64,000 nt of DNA from Thermodesulfobacteriota bacterium (GTDB lineage Bacteria; Desulfobacterota_D; UBA1144; Nemesobacterales; UBA2774), in contig OY729416.1 of the NCBI GenBank assembly GCA_963422265.1, positions 928,001-992,000 on the forward strand, in the 5' to 3' direction. Shown here in pieces: positions 12,187 to 22,203 of the stretch; positions within the stretch are counted from its first letter, which is position 1; each line of letters begins with the position of its first letter. The translations under genes were made by a program, and so were the position numbers. The notes under the pieces are model-generated. The model was not told the DNA's origin. It saw nothing but the letters and a program-made list of their open reading frames with translations, and did not search any database.

Positions 12187-13296
12187 TCAGGAGCATGACT
12201 TATCAAGCTCTTCAACCACTTTCTTTACTTGTTGAGAACTATCTTTATTCAGAATCAAGACAGCATCCTTCGTGTCCACCACTACTAAATTCTCAACCCC
12301 TACTAGGGCAATTATTCTCTTGCCCGATGAAGCTTGGGGGCATGCCTGACCGAAGACTGAACACCCCGATGATTCAATCGAGATGGACTCTCCACGTATT
12401 ATATTCTTACCATCTTCTCTCCTTAAGAATAAATCTAACGCCTTCCAATTACCTAAGTCACTCCAAGGGAAGCTGATGGGTATCACAACAGTGTTAGGCG
12501 AACGCTCTAAGATCAATTTGTCAATAGAACCCGAATCTATATCCGTATAGAACTGTGAGACCGCTTTCTGCTCAGATGAAGTGCCTATAGCAATTGAGAC
12601 CCCATCAAAATACCCATGCCAACTAGGAAGGAGTTTAGAAAAAGCAGATAGTATAGAAGACGTTTTCCATATAAATATACCGCTATTCCAATAGTAACTA
12701 CCCTCCTTGAGAAATTCGGCGGCAGTATTGAAATCAGGTTTCTCGGTAAATTCCCCAACCTTAAAAGCCTTGAATAAATCCGAAGACGCAACTTTCTTAT
12801 TGCTTTTCTTTATATAGCCGTATCCGGTCTCAGGCATCGTCGGGGTTACACCAAGCGTTATAAGGGGCGACCAGCCGCTATCCAAAAGCTCCATTTGAGC
12901 TACCTCAAACGCAAATACTAGCACCTGCCTAAAAGCCTCGCCATCCAATATCGCATGATCGGCAGGGAGAACCACGGCCGTTGACTCGGCATGCCTTTTT
13001 TCTATAGTTAGCATGCCATAAGCTAGACAAGGCGCAGTATTCTTGCCCTCGGGCTCAAGGATTAGATTACTCTCTGGAAGTTCAGGCACGTGGCTTAACG
13101 TTTCCTGAGCATATTGTTCAACGGTAACGATGTAAACCTTTTCTATCGGTATAAGTGGCAATACCCTATCTACAGTCTGTCTTAGAAGAGACTTTTTCCC
13201 AACAAGAGAAAGAAACTGTTTTGGTTTATCCTTAGTACTTAGGGGCCAGAACCTTTTACCCTCACCCCCTGCCATTACAAGAGCGGTCATTCCCAT
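12187..13296 (-). CDS. manC: Mannose-1-phosphate guanylyltransferase (no C-terminal PMI cupin)
   Basis: MAGGEGKRFWPLS...PKQF, EPEGKNTA, PADH, ETGYGYI, FTEKP, WNSG, WSDLG. Confidence 0.9.
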   Translation of the reverse strand: MGMTALVMAGGEGKRFWPLSTKDKPKQFLSLVGKKSLLRQTVDRVLPLIPIEKVYIVTVEQYAQETLSHVPELPESNLILEPEGKNTAPCLAYGMLTIEKRHAESTAVVLPADHAILDGEAFRQVLVFAFEVAQMELLDSGWSPLITLGVTPTMPETGYGYIKKSNKKVASSDLFKAFKVGEFTEKPDFNTAAEFLKEGSYYWNSGIFIWKTSSILSAFSKLLPSWHGYFDGVSIAIGTSSEQKAVSQFYTDIDSGSIDKLILERSPNTVVIPISFPWSDLGNWKALDLFLRREDGKNIIRGESISIESSGCSVFGQACPQASSGKRIIALVGVENLVVVDTKDAVLILNKDSSQQVKKVVEELDKSCS

Positions 13297-13366
13297 GCCT
13301 AAATACTAATGGATATTGGAATATTTCTCAAATTCCCCTTATCTTTTTGGAGAAGAAAAACGAGTG

Positions 13367-14044
13367 CTAAACTTGGATAAGATCGTGCAACTTGATCCCG
13401 TCTAGGCTTTCTATGACTAGGTTTGCTTCAGAAAGCCTTTCCATAGGATAAGAATTTGTTACCGCAATACATTTCATGCCGGCAGAACGGGCTGCCCTAA
13501 CCCCAGAGATAGAATCCTCAATTACCAAGCATTCTTTGAGTAACACTACATCCTCAGGCAACGACTGGACGTTAAGCCTTCTGTGCACTTCCAAATAAAC
13601 GTCGGGAGCGGGCTTACATTTTTCTACGTCTTCGGCTCCCACTATAAATTCAAAATCCTTCCTGATCCCAGCAAAGTTTAATATATGCTCTATTTCCTGC
13701 CTTAGAGCGCCGGAGCCTATAGCTAATCGGACCCTGCCTCTAACCTCGCTAATCAACTCCAAAACTCCGGGAAAAAGTTCAACATTCCCCGTTATAAGCC
13801 TATTATAATGCAGGGATTTTCTTGTTACTAGTCGAGAAATATAATCATCACTATGGTTAACCGCCCTATCTTCAAGTAATTTTTTGAAAAAAGTTTTGTC
13901 ATCATAGGCAAGGTACCTTTCATAATACTGCTCTTCTGAAAGCGATATGCGCTCTTCCTCAAGGACGATCTGGAACGCTTGTAAGTGAATAGGTTCGGTG
14001 TGGGCTATTACACCGTCAAAATCGAATATTATCGCCTTTAACAT
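13367..14044 (-). CDS. HAD-family phosphatase
   Basis: Start moved to ATG 14044 (MLKAIIFDFDGV); KPAPD and VIEDSISG motifs. Confidence 0.88.
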   Translation of the reverse strand: MLKAIIFDFDGVIAHTEPIHLQAFQIVLEEERISLSEEQYYERYLAYDDKTFFKKLLEDRAVNHSDDYISRLVTRKSLHYNRLITGNVELFPGVLELISEVRGRVRLAIGSGALRQEIEHILNFAGIRKDFEFIVGAEDVEKCKPAPDVYLEVHRRLNVQSLPEDVVLLKECLVIEDSISGVRAARSAGMKCIAVTNSYPMERLSEANLVIESLDGIKLHDLIQV

Positions 14045-14090
14045 AGGATTACGATATATTTCTACCTGAATCTTGGTTAAAGTTAAAGAA

Positions 14091-15071
14091 ATGAGATATA
14101 GCTTTTCTAAAATCCTTCGCAACAGTAAATTGACGCTGCGCCCGATTAAGATCGAGACTTTACAGGTTAACGTTACCAAACTATGCAATCAAACGTGTCT
14201 CCATTGCCACGTTGACGCTTCCCCAAAAAGAACGGAACAGATGGAATTAAAATCGGTTGACAAATGCCTAGAAATACTAAGAGAGAATGAATCTATAAAA
14301 AACCTTGATATAACGGGCGGGGCACCCGAGCTTAATCCTCATTTTGACCATTTCGTAAAAGAAGCCAGAAAACTCAATAAGCACGTGATGGTAAGACATA
14401 ACTTGACCGTTACGCTAGACGGCAACCCCGTTACGGGAGAGAGGAAAGCTTACCTGCCAGAATTTTATGCCGAACACCACATTGAAGTTATTTCTTCTCT
14501 GCCCTGTTACACCTCGCATTCCACGGATAAACAACGCGGGAAAGGGGCGTTTGAAAAGAGCATAGAGTCAATATTACTTCTAAATAAACGCGGATATGGC
14601 AAAGAAGGCACGAGACTTAATCTGAATCTTGTCTATAATCCCGTAGGAGCCTTTTTGCCCGCGCCTCAGAAAACTCTGGAAGCCGATTTCAAGAGAGAAC
14701 TCTATAAAAAATACGGGATAGTCTTCAACTCCTTATTCGTTATGACTAACCTGCCTATAAACAGGTTTGAGCGGCAGCTAAAGCAATCGGGCACTTATCA
14801 AGAGTATATGACAACGCTAGTGAGGGCATTTAACCCCAAGGCCGCAGAGGCTGTTATGTGTCGCTTTTTGGTTAGCGTAAGCTACGATGGCGGAATCTTT
14901 GACTGTGATTTTAATCAAATGTTAAAGAGAGATGTAGTCGTTGAGGATGAGCCAATGACAATATTTAATTTTGACTATCAAAAACTTATCAGACGAAGGA
15001 TAACGTTTGGCTCTCATTGCTTTGGATGCACGGCTGGCTCTGGCAGTAGTTGCAGCGGGGCTATAGCATAA
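14091..15071 (+). CDS. arsS: Radical SAM protein of the arsenosugar-biosynthesis ArsS family (Cys form)
   Basis: CNQTCLHCHVDA radical SAM motif, DITGGAPELNP, LNLVYNPVGAFLP, DCDFNQM, C-terminal HCFGCTAGSGSSC. Adjacent to a TIGR04282-type transferase. Start ATG 14091 preferred. Confidence 0.8.
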   Translation: MRYSFSKILRNSKLTLRPIKIETLQVNVTKLCNQTCLHCHVDASPKRTEQMELKSVDKCLEILRENESIKNLDITGGAPELNPHFDHFVKEARKLNKHVMVRHNLTVTLDGNPVTGERKAYLPEFYAEHHIEVISSLPCYTSHSTDKQRGKGAFEKSIESILLLNKRGYGKEGTRLNLNLVYNPVGAFLPAPQKTLEADFKRELYKKYGIVFNSLFVMTNLPINRFERQLKQSGTYQEYMTTLVRAFNPKAAEAVMCRFLVSVSYDGGIFDCDFNQMLKRDVVVEDEPMTIFNFDYQKLIRRRITFGSHCFGCTAGSGSSCSGAIA

Positions 15072-15096
15072 ACTCCAACGCTTAAGTTACTATAAC

Positions 15097-15744
15097 ATGA
15101 CCGAAAACAAACAAAAAAACACCTTAATAGTATTCGTTAAATATCCCAATCCCGGAAAAGTAAAAACCCGACTAGCGAAGAAAATCGGTAACGAGAGAGC
15201 CACCTATTATTACTCACTAATGGCTAAGCAAATAATAGACCAAGTGTCTCAATCTGATAATTATTCAACTACTATTTTTTTTGATCCCCCGGAAAAAGAA
15301 AAAAAGGTGATCAGATGGCTCGGAAACGGCATCAAGAAATTCATGCCCCAATCAGGAGCTAACCTAGGAAAGAAGATCGCCAACTCATTTGAGCAGGTTA
15401 TATCTTCAGGCGCAAGACGGTCTATAATTATCGGAACCGACTGTGTGGAAGTTACGAAGGAGATTGTGAACAGAGCTTTTGAGCTACTTGGAAGAGCGGA
15501 CGTCATTTTGGGTCCTACTGAGGACGGGGGGTACTACCTGTTGGGGCTTAAGTGTTTTGCACCTGAGCTTTTTGAAAACATAGACTGGAGCACGGAGCGC
15601 GTGCTCAATCAAACCCTCGACCGAATAAATGAGAAGAATCTAAGCTATGAACTATTGGAGAAATTAAAAGACATTGATACCGTGAACGACCTTGCCGAAC
15701 TGCAAAGGAGCCTTAACAATGAACCCGATAGACGTCCAAGTTAG
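15097..15744 (+). CDS. DUF2064/TIGR04282-family (CofC-like) transferase, arsenosugar-associated
   Basis: FVKYPNPGKVKTRLA, QSGANLGKKI, IIGTDC, GPTEDGGYYLLG, IDWST, DIDT. Confidence 0.85.
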   Translation: MTENKQKNTLIVFVKYPNPGKVKTRLAKKIGNERATYYYSLMAKQIIDQVSQSDNYSTTIFFDPPEKEKKVIRWLGNGIKKFMPQSGANLGKKIANSFEQVISSGARRSIIIGTDCVEVTKEIVNRAFELLGRADVILGPTEDGGYYLLGLKCFAPELFENIDWSTERVLNQTLDRINEKNLSYELLEKLKDIDTVNDLAELQRSLNNEPDRRPS

Positions 15745-16477
15745 CTGGTTTTTCGCTTTCCTAGCGGGACTAGTATCCTTTCTTTCCCCATGCGTTTTGC
15801 CCTTAATACCCGGCTATATATCAATGGTCTCTAAGACTTCATTTGAGGAATTGAGCAAAGGAAACACCGAAGGGAAAGTGAGCCGAATAGTTATTCCTAG
15901 TATCCTGTTCGTGCTAGGCTTTGCACTCGTATTCGTCGCATTGGGGGCTTCTGCCTCCTTGATAGGAGCGATTCTCCAACAAAACAAAAGCCTCTTGTTA
16001 AGAATATCAGGTGTAATTATTATACTCTTTGGACTCTTTTCAATGGATATACTCAAAATTCCACTTCTGAGTAGGGAAAGGCGTTTTCTAAGTGTGCAAG
16101 TAGGCAGCCTAGGGCTAATCGGGACGTTCCTTCTGGGCGTAGCATTTGGATTCGGCTGGACTCCCTGCGTAGGTCCAATTCTTGCCTCAATACTGCTTGT
16201 TGCAAGCACGGCAGAAGGAGCCGGCAGAGGGGCAGCTCTCTTACTCGTTTATTCAATAGGGCTTGGACTACCGTTTATCATAACAGGGCTAATACTGTCC
16301 AAAGCCCTTACGGCATTTGATTGGATAAAGCGTAACTATGGAATCTATAAAGTAATGGTGGGCGGCACGCTACTTGTCATAGGAATACTAATGCTCACCC
16401 ATAATCTCTTTTATCTAAACGTTTTGGGACAAAAAGCACTTGATTTCATGGGGATAGATTTCTGGAAGAGCTTTTGA
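15719..16477 (+). CDS. ccdA: Cytochrome c biogenesis / thiol-disulfide transporter CcdA
   Basis: SFLSPCVLPLIPGY and GWTPCVGPIL; ATG 15719 preceded by AAGGAG. Confidence 0.9.
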   Translation: MNPIDVQVSWFFAFLAGLVSFLSPCVLPLIPGYISMVSKTSFEELSKGNTEGKVSRIVIPSILFVLGFALVFVALGASASLIGAILQQNKSLLLRISGVIIILFGLFSMDILKIPLLSRERRFLSVQVGSLGLIGTFLLGVAFGFGWTPCVGPILASILLVASTAEGAGRGAALLLVYSIGLGLPFIITGLILSKALTAFDWIKRNYGIYKVMVGGTLLVIGILMLTHNLFYLNVLGQKALDFMGIDFWKSF

Positions 16478-16504
16478 CTAAATCCACGCTTGCGCATTGT
16501 TTAA

Positions 16505-17254
16505 GTGATGAAAGAAAAGAGCCATGCATGGCAAACTTGTTGTTCGCCCCCTACGCTGCGTGAAAGCGATGTTCACGTCTGGCAAAGCCGCTTGAACCTC
16601 ACGAGGAAAAAGCTAGATAGGCTCTATAAAACCCTTTGTAAAGAGGAGAAATTAAAAGCCAATCGCTTCAGGTTTCAGGAAGACTGTCTGCGCTACGTTA
16701 CAGCTCACGGATTGCTAAGAGAAATTATAAGCGGGTACCTAAATCTGAATCCCGAAGATCTGGAATTCTTACAAAACAAATATGGTAAGCCTTATCTAAA
16801 AGACCCCACCCGCCATAACTTGGAATTCAATTTGTCTCACTCCAGCGATGTAGTTCTACTTATATTCTCCTCGAATAGGAAAGTGGGAATAGACGTTGAA
16901 AGAGTAAGGGTTGTGAAGAAGTCCCAAAAAATAATAGATCGCTTCTTTGGAGAGACCGATAGAAATTTCTATAATTTACAAGAGGCAAGCAATAAAGAGA
17001 GAGCGTTCTTTAAGCTCTGGACTCGTAAAGAAGCCTATACAAAAGCTATTGGCGTCGGGCTGAAGTTACAGCCGAAACAGTTTGAAGCGCCGTCGGCGCT
17101 AGAAAACGTGCCGCTGACATCCGGGTCTAGACTGAGGCGCGTTAGCGGTTGTTTACTATCTGAGATAAAAGTTGACCCTGAGTATGCTGCGACTCTGGTA
17201 ACAGAAGGGTCAGATTATCAGATTGTATTTATTCAATATAGCGAACGTAGTTAA
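16505..17254 (+). CDS. Sfp-type 4'-phosphopantetheinyl transferase
   Basis: KYGKP, FNLSHS, VGIDVE, WTRKEAYTKA. Confidence 0.9.
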   Translation: MMKEKSHAWQTCCSPPTLRESDVHVWQSRLNLTRKKLDRLYKTLCKEEKLKANRFRFQEDCLRYVTAHGLLREIISGYLNLNPEDLEFLQNKYGKPYLKDPTRHNLEFNLSHSSDVVLLIFSSNRKVGIDVERVRVVKKSQKIIDRFFGETDRNFYNLQEASNKERAFFKLWTRKEAYTKAIGVGLKLQPKQFEAPSALENVPLTSGSRLRRVSGCLLSEIKVDPEYAATLVTEGSDYQIVFIQYSERS

Positions 17255-17375
17255 AAACTTCAATAAACCTTTCTTAACACACCCCGCTCTAACAGTTATA
17301 CTAGTTTGTTTAACAGATTAAATCCTGGCTCACACGTCAAGCGATAAAGTGAAGCTAATGGAGGAGCGTAGTTAA

Positions 17376-18692
17376 ATGTCGAAACTGCCTGACAATGAAA
17401 AAGAGATGAAGAAAGCCGCGCTTGAATACCACAGCGTTGGACAAAAGGGAAAAATTGAAGTTGTGCCTACAAAACCCTGTCTTACCCAGCGGGATCTTTC
17501 TTTGGCTTACTCTCCGGGCGTGGCTGAGCCTTGCTTAGAGATAGAAAAAAATCAAGATTTAGCTTATGAATATACGAATAAAGGAAATCTAGTAGGGGTA
17601 ATTTCCAATGGCACGGCAGTGCTCGGACTCGGGAACATAGGGGCGCTCTCAGGAAAGCCAGTAATGGAAGGCAAGAGCGTCCTATTTAAGCGCTTTGCCG
17701 GCATAGACGCGTTTGACATAGAACTAAACACTGAAGACCCTGACGAAATAATCAAAACAGTTAAATACTTGGAGCCCACATTCGGTGGAATAAACCTTGA
17801 GGATATAAAAGCCCCTGAATGCTTTTACATAGAAGAGGAGCTCAAAAGACAGACTAACATACCCGTATTCCATGATGACCAGCACGGAACGGCGATAATC
17901 TCAGGAGCAGGCTTACTAAACGCGTGCGAGCTTGTGAATAAGGACGTCTGCGAGCTTGTAATGGCCTTTAACGGTGCTGGCGCCTCGGCTATTGCCTGTG
18001 CGGAGTTCTTTATAAGGCTCGGCGCCAAGAGAGAACGTATAATAATGTGCGACAGCAGGGGCGTAATATACAAAGGCAGGCAGGAAAATATGAATCCCCA
18101 AAAAGAAAGGTTCGCAGCTGACACAAGTGCGAGGACACTGGAAGAAGCAATAAGGGGAGCGGACGCGTTCGTCGGCTTATCATCTGGCGGAGCAGTTACG
18201 CAAGAAATGGTAAAGACAATGGCGGACAAACCTATAATATTCGCTATGGCTAACCCTGATCCAGAAATTTCATATCCCGATGCAATGTCAGCCAGAAGCG
18301 ACGTAATTATGGCTACGGGTAGATCTGACTATCCAAACCAAGTGAACAATGTGTTAGGATTCCCCTTTATTTTCAGAGGTGCCCTTGACGTCAGGGCTAA
18401 GGCTATAACGGAAGAGATGAAGGTAGCCGCTGCTTACTCATTAGCCGATCTCGCTAAAACTGGCGCCGATGAGCAGGTTGCAAAAGCTTATGGAGAAAGA
18501 AGCTTTGACTTCGGTCCTGAATACATAGTTCCCAAACCGTTTGATCCAAGAGTCTTGCTATGGGAATCCGTAGCAGTCGCTTCGGCAGCTATGGAAGCAG
18601 GTGTTTCCCGCATACAAATAAACATCGACGAATACAAAGAAGAGCTACAAAGGAAAGTTGCAGAAAAGCTAAAAAGGTGGAGCCTCAAGTAA
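17376..18692 (+). CDS. NAD(P)-dependent malic enzyme (MaeB-like catalytic part, no PTA domain)
   Basis: [48 protein letters not shown]. Confidence 0.93.
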   Translation: MSKLPDNEKEMKKAALEYHSVGQKGKIEVVPTKPCLTQRDLSLAYSPGVAEPCLEIEKNQDLAYEYTNKGNLVGVISNGTAVLGLGNIGALSGKPVMEGKSVLFKRFAGIDAFDIELNTEDPDEIIKTVKYLEPTFGGINLEDIKAPECFYIEEELKRQTNIPVFHDDQHGTAIISGAGLLNACELVNKDVCELVMAFNGAGASAIACAEFFIRLGAKRERIIMCDSRGVIYKGRQENMNPQKERFAADTSARTLEEAIRGADAFVGLSSGGAVTQEMVKTMADKPIIFAMANPDPEISYPDAMSARSDVIMATGRSDYPNQVNNVLGFPFIFRGALDVRAKAITEEMKVAAAYSLADLAKTGADEQVAKAYGERSFDFGPEYIVPKPFDPRVLLWESVAVASAAMEAGVSRIQINIDEYKEELQRKVAEKLKRWSLK

Positions 18693-19378
18693 AACAACAA
18701 TCAGATTGTGCATCAGGAATAAGAGCGGTCATCTTTGATATGGATGGGGTTATGATTGACAGCGAGCCTCTTTGGGAAAAAACGGAGAGGGCTTTGCTAG
18801 CCCGAAGGGGCATAGATTACGAACCCGAATACAGAGACCAAATCGTTGGTTTGAACCAAAATGATTCTGGCAAGCTGCTTGTAGAGACGTTTAAACTTAA
18901 AGAATCGGTAGAAGAAATAATATCTGAAAGGGTGGAAATTCTAACCGCCCTATATGAAAAGGAGTTGGAGCTTATGCCTGGATTGTTGCCGCTTCTAAGC
19001 GAGCTCCGCCGTGATAACTACCTCCTAGCAGTCGCCTCGAGCTCGCCTCTTCGCGTAATCAACTTTGTCCTAGATATGTTCTCTCTCAACGATTATTTTC
19101 CGTCCGTAGTATCTGGTGAATGCACAGTGAAGGGAAAGCCACACCCGGACATCTATCTACACACGGCAAAGATGCTTGGAGTAGCACCCTCTGAATGCGT
19201 CGCAATTGAGGACTCTATAAACGGCGTTAAATCTGCTAAATCCGCAGGTATGCTCTGCATAGCCATTCCCGACAGGCGACTAAGCCAGCAGGCGTTTTGT
19301 GACGCAGACCTAATAGTTGATGATATGGAAAAGCTAAACGCCGAAGTGATAGAAAGCATGCAAACTACTATGTTATAA
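18677..19378 (+). CDS. HAD-family phosphatase
   Basis: [33 protein letters not shown] 18677 is a more plausible start than 18560, which overlaps the malic enzyme deeply. Confidence 0.85.
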   Translation: MEPQVKQQSDCASGIRAVIFDMDGVMIDSEPLWEKTERALLARRGIDYEPEYRDQIVGLNQNDSGKLLVETFKLKESVEEIISERVEILTALYEKELELMPGLLPLLSELRRDNYLLAVASSSPLRVINFVLDMFSLNDYFPSVVSGECTVKGKPHPDIYLHTAKMLGVAPSECVAIEDSINGVKSAKSAGMLCIAIPDRRLSQQAFCDADLIVDDMEKLNAEVIESMQTTML

Positions 19379-19699
19379 AGGGGATGATCGATACTTAGCG
19401 TTAAAATCTTCATCGTTCATAGTAAGGTAGATAATCCCCTCTATAAAACCAACGAGAGAGGGAACTAATGTCCAGCAGAAAATCAGATAAACTATCCCCC
19501 ACCCTACCCTGCCTAGATAAAATTTGTGTATCCCAAGACCACCCAATAGCAAGCCAAAAACACCTGCTATGACACGGCTTCTCTCACAGACGACAGACTG
19601 TCTAACACCACACTTAGGACAGATTTCAGCTCGCGGATCAATTTGAGACCCGCAATTGGAACAAAACTTTTTGTGAACCCCCTGCTGTTCTACTTGCAC
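19373..19699 (-). CDS. TM2-domain membrane protein with N-terminal zinc ribbon
   Basis: FCSNCG...CPKCG ribbon, then LLGGLGIHKFYLG TM2 motif; GTG 19699 follows AGAGG. Confidence 0.85.
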   Translation of the reverse strand: MQVEQQGVHKKFCSNCGSQIDPRAEICPKCGVRQSVVCERSRVIAGVFGLLLGGLGIHKFYLGRVGWGIVYLIFCWTLVPSLVGFIEGIIYLTMNDEDFNAKYRSSPL

Positions 19700-19860
19700 T
19701 TTGATATTACCTCTGTAATTTTTTTCTATATATTCTCGTATAGTATAGATAACAGTAACGCCGGAAGATAGCGTATCATAATTAGAGGGTCTCATCAACG
19801 TTGCATATATGTTCACGGCATATGAGACAAGGAGGAAGGTTCTCGTTCCCCATCTCCCCG

Positions 19861-19899
19861 TCAAATCCCCCTATATCCCCCTTTTCTAAAGGGGGGAAT
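19861..19899. repeat. REP-like C/G hairpin repeat, copy 1
   Basis: AAATCCCCCTATATCCCCCTTTTCTAAAGGGGGGAAT; related copies at 29151-29191 (inverted) and 35699-35716. Confidence 0.7.
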
Positions 19900-20027
19900 A
19901 TGTATGTAGGAGACGAGACTCATCCGTTATTCCAAATGGAGATAAGAGAAAAAGAAGGCGAGCAATTAGTCATTACTAACTAACCACTCACCCTTAGTAT
20001 TCGTTATTTGAAGAACGTCATATCCAG

Positions 20028-22015
20028 CTAGGAGCTTGGATTCGCAGCAATGCTAAGAACGTCAGTGGTTGCCCTAGACCAAGCATTGCCATCATCTTTA
20101 TCCGTGTAGTAAACGTAAGCGCGCAGATACTTGCCCACGTCCCCTTGCCCTTGCACAGGTGTATATGCGTCACTAGCCCCTTCGGGAAATACGTATTCAC
20201 AGTTAGTTGACATCTCCGCGTCATCACAACGCTCCCACCGCCAGTAACTGCGATGCACCGGAGTATTTACAGAATCCCCACGATTACCAGCATCCCAATC
20301 ACCATCATTTACCTCTACCCGTATTACTTGTCCAACCCGCGGAGAAGTATGACCTGAATGAAAAACAGCAGCTGACGCGCTGGTATCAGTGGACGTTCTG
20401 TTTGCTTTTGCCCTTATCACTATGGCATTAGTGTAAACCTTTTCTTCCTTACCATTGTCCACAATCGTCACGTATGCCCTTAGAAAATAATTCGCATCTC
20501 CAGATTCCGGGATAAGTAGGTAGCTTCTATTGTTATTTGCTAGACTTCTACTAGAAATGTCCTCCCAGCCACTAACGCCGTTAGGTGAACGTTCCCATTT
20601 CCAATTCCCTGCACCGTCTCCATTACTACTAGCCTTGCGTTTACCCCTCAGGTTCCCAATCAGCCCAACTGTTACAGGCTCGCCCACTATTGCGGAATTC
20701 CAATGGTCAGGATGAATAAATGCTCTGCGTTGCCCCGGCACACCCTTTATTGTCGGATACTGACGCGACCCACCAAAGTCCCATGGGTCATCTATATTCC
20801 AACCCGCATAAATCCCATCGTAGTCTTTGTAGTCTTTAGGTATTTGAAGATCTCGCGTGGTCTTACCTAGAACACTTGTATTTATATGATCCCCGCGGTA
20901 GCCTTCCATGGAAGTTGATATATCCCAGTATGCTCTATTTATTCTAGGAGACCAATAACCAGGCGCCTCTACCCCAATCAGCCCACCGCGACTTCCTGCC
21001 GTCCTCCTTACCCTGCCGATAGAGTAAACGGAATCTATGATACCCTCTGAAACCCCTCCGACCAGCCCACCAACACGGTATCCCCCTTGCGCGCTACCGG
21101 TGGCATAGGCGACTTGGATGGTGGCGCGCCGGGAGAACCCAACCAGCCCACCAACAACACCTCCCCCTCGCACATTGGCTGTGGAGTAGCTTTTAGTAAT
21201 TTTACCTTTGCTAAGGTTTTGGCCAACTAACCCCCCTAGCCTAATGACTAGAGCACCTTTCGCCACCCCAGTTTGCTTTACTTCACCAGTAACATAGCAA
21301 CTAGTTATAGTTCCCTCGTTCCTCCCAGCCAGCCCACCGATCTCGGAGCTATTATATTTGTTGTTAATATGTTGAGTTATCTTGACGTTTTTCAAGCCCA
21401 AGTTTTGCACTTTACCTAAGGTGCCCACTATGCCGAATAGCCCTAAGTTGAGAGTTCTTGTGGTCTCGATCGGCGTAGTAAAGTTGATGAATAGATTAGA
21501 GATAGTATTTCCGTTGCCCTCGAAGGTCGCGTTAAAATGGCTACGGCTAGAAAAGATGGGTATCCAGCCACGGCCGCCGTTCCAATAAGTAGGATCACCC
21601 GTTTCTGTAATAGTACCATCGTCGTCCTCGTCAAAGTCTAAGTCTGTGGTCAGTTCATAGCCAATGCATCCGGAAGAGGGGCAACCCATAGAGGCTTATG
21701 CGTCGGGGAAGGCAGTAGTGTAGGACGCGCTATTACTAGAACTATCTACCTGTCCATCTCCGTCTAGGTCCCAGCGAATAGCGTTGAGTTGAGCAAGGTT
21801 AGATATTTCTATAAGTTGGTCATCATCAGTGTCGTAGTCAGTAGTAGTTTGGGCGAGTGCAGTATGCGAGAAGAGAGCAGATAAAGCAAAGAAGACTGTA
21901 GATAGTATAGGTGTTAATAGAGAATAAGGTTTCTCATATCGTGGAAAATGGGGGGGGGGGGGGGGGGGGGGGTAGAAGAGATGGTTAGTTTATTGATAAC
22001 AAAGCTATGTTTCAT
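20028..22015 (-). pseudogene. Secreted GLUG-motif/Ig-like surface protein gene, out of frame at a C23 tract and with an in-frame TAA
   Basis: Extended -10 and SD precede ATG 22015 (MKHSFVINKLTISST-P7...). The signal peptide (...VFFALSALFSHTALA|QTTTDYDTDDDQLIEISNLAQLNAIRWDLDGDG) is in the frame of ORF 20028-21689 but separated from it by TAA 21696-21698. The body has GGLAG/GGLVG repeats and two WERx...YLRAYV Ig-like modules. Confidence 0.8.
21950..21972 (-). repeat. Homopolymer G23 (C23 on coding strand)
   Basis: Counted directly; starts in codon 15 after ATG 22015. Confidence 0.9.
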
Positions 22016-22021
22016 AACTAT

Positions 22022-22056
22022 TACCTCCTTGAATTTTACTAAGCATCATTATAGCA
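22022..22056 (-). promoter_or_regulatory. Extended -10 promoter (TGCTATAAT) and Shine-Dalgarno (AAGGAGGT) for the 22015 start
   Basis: Reverse complement of ATTATAGCA 22048-22056 and ACCTCCTT 22023-22030. Confidence 0.65.
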
Positions 22057-22203
22057 CATCTTTTAGCAATTCTATAAAATTCTACTAAAAACCTACCATA
22101 AAATAATAGCTATATATAATCAAGCTACTTAAAATTGAGGGCTTGAGATAAGGGTGAATTTTCCTTACACGTCATTCCCACCCCGTCCATCACTTCGTAT
22201 AAG

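Noticed and set aside
15040-15071. Selenoprotein form of ArsS
   Set aside because: The terminal SSC motif uses TGC and the ORF ends in TAA.
21696-21698. Stop-codon recoding (selenocysteine, pyrrolysine or alternative code)
   Set aside because: The codon is TAA, which terminates many normal genes in this window.
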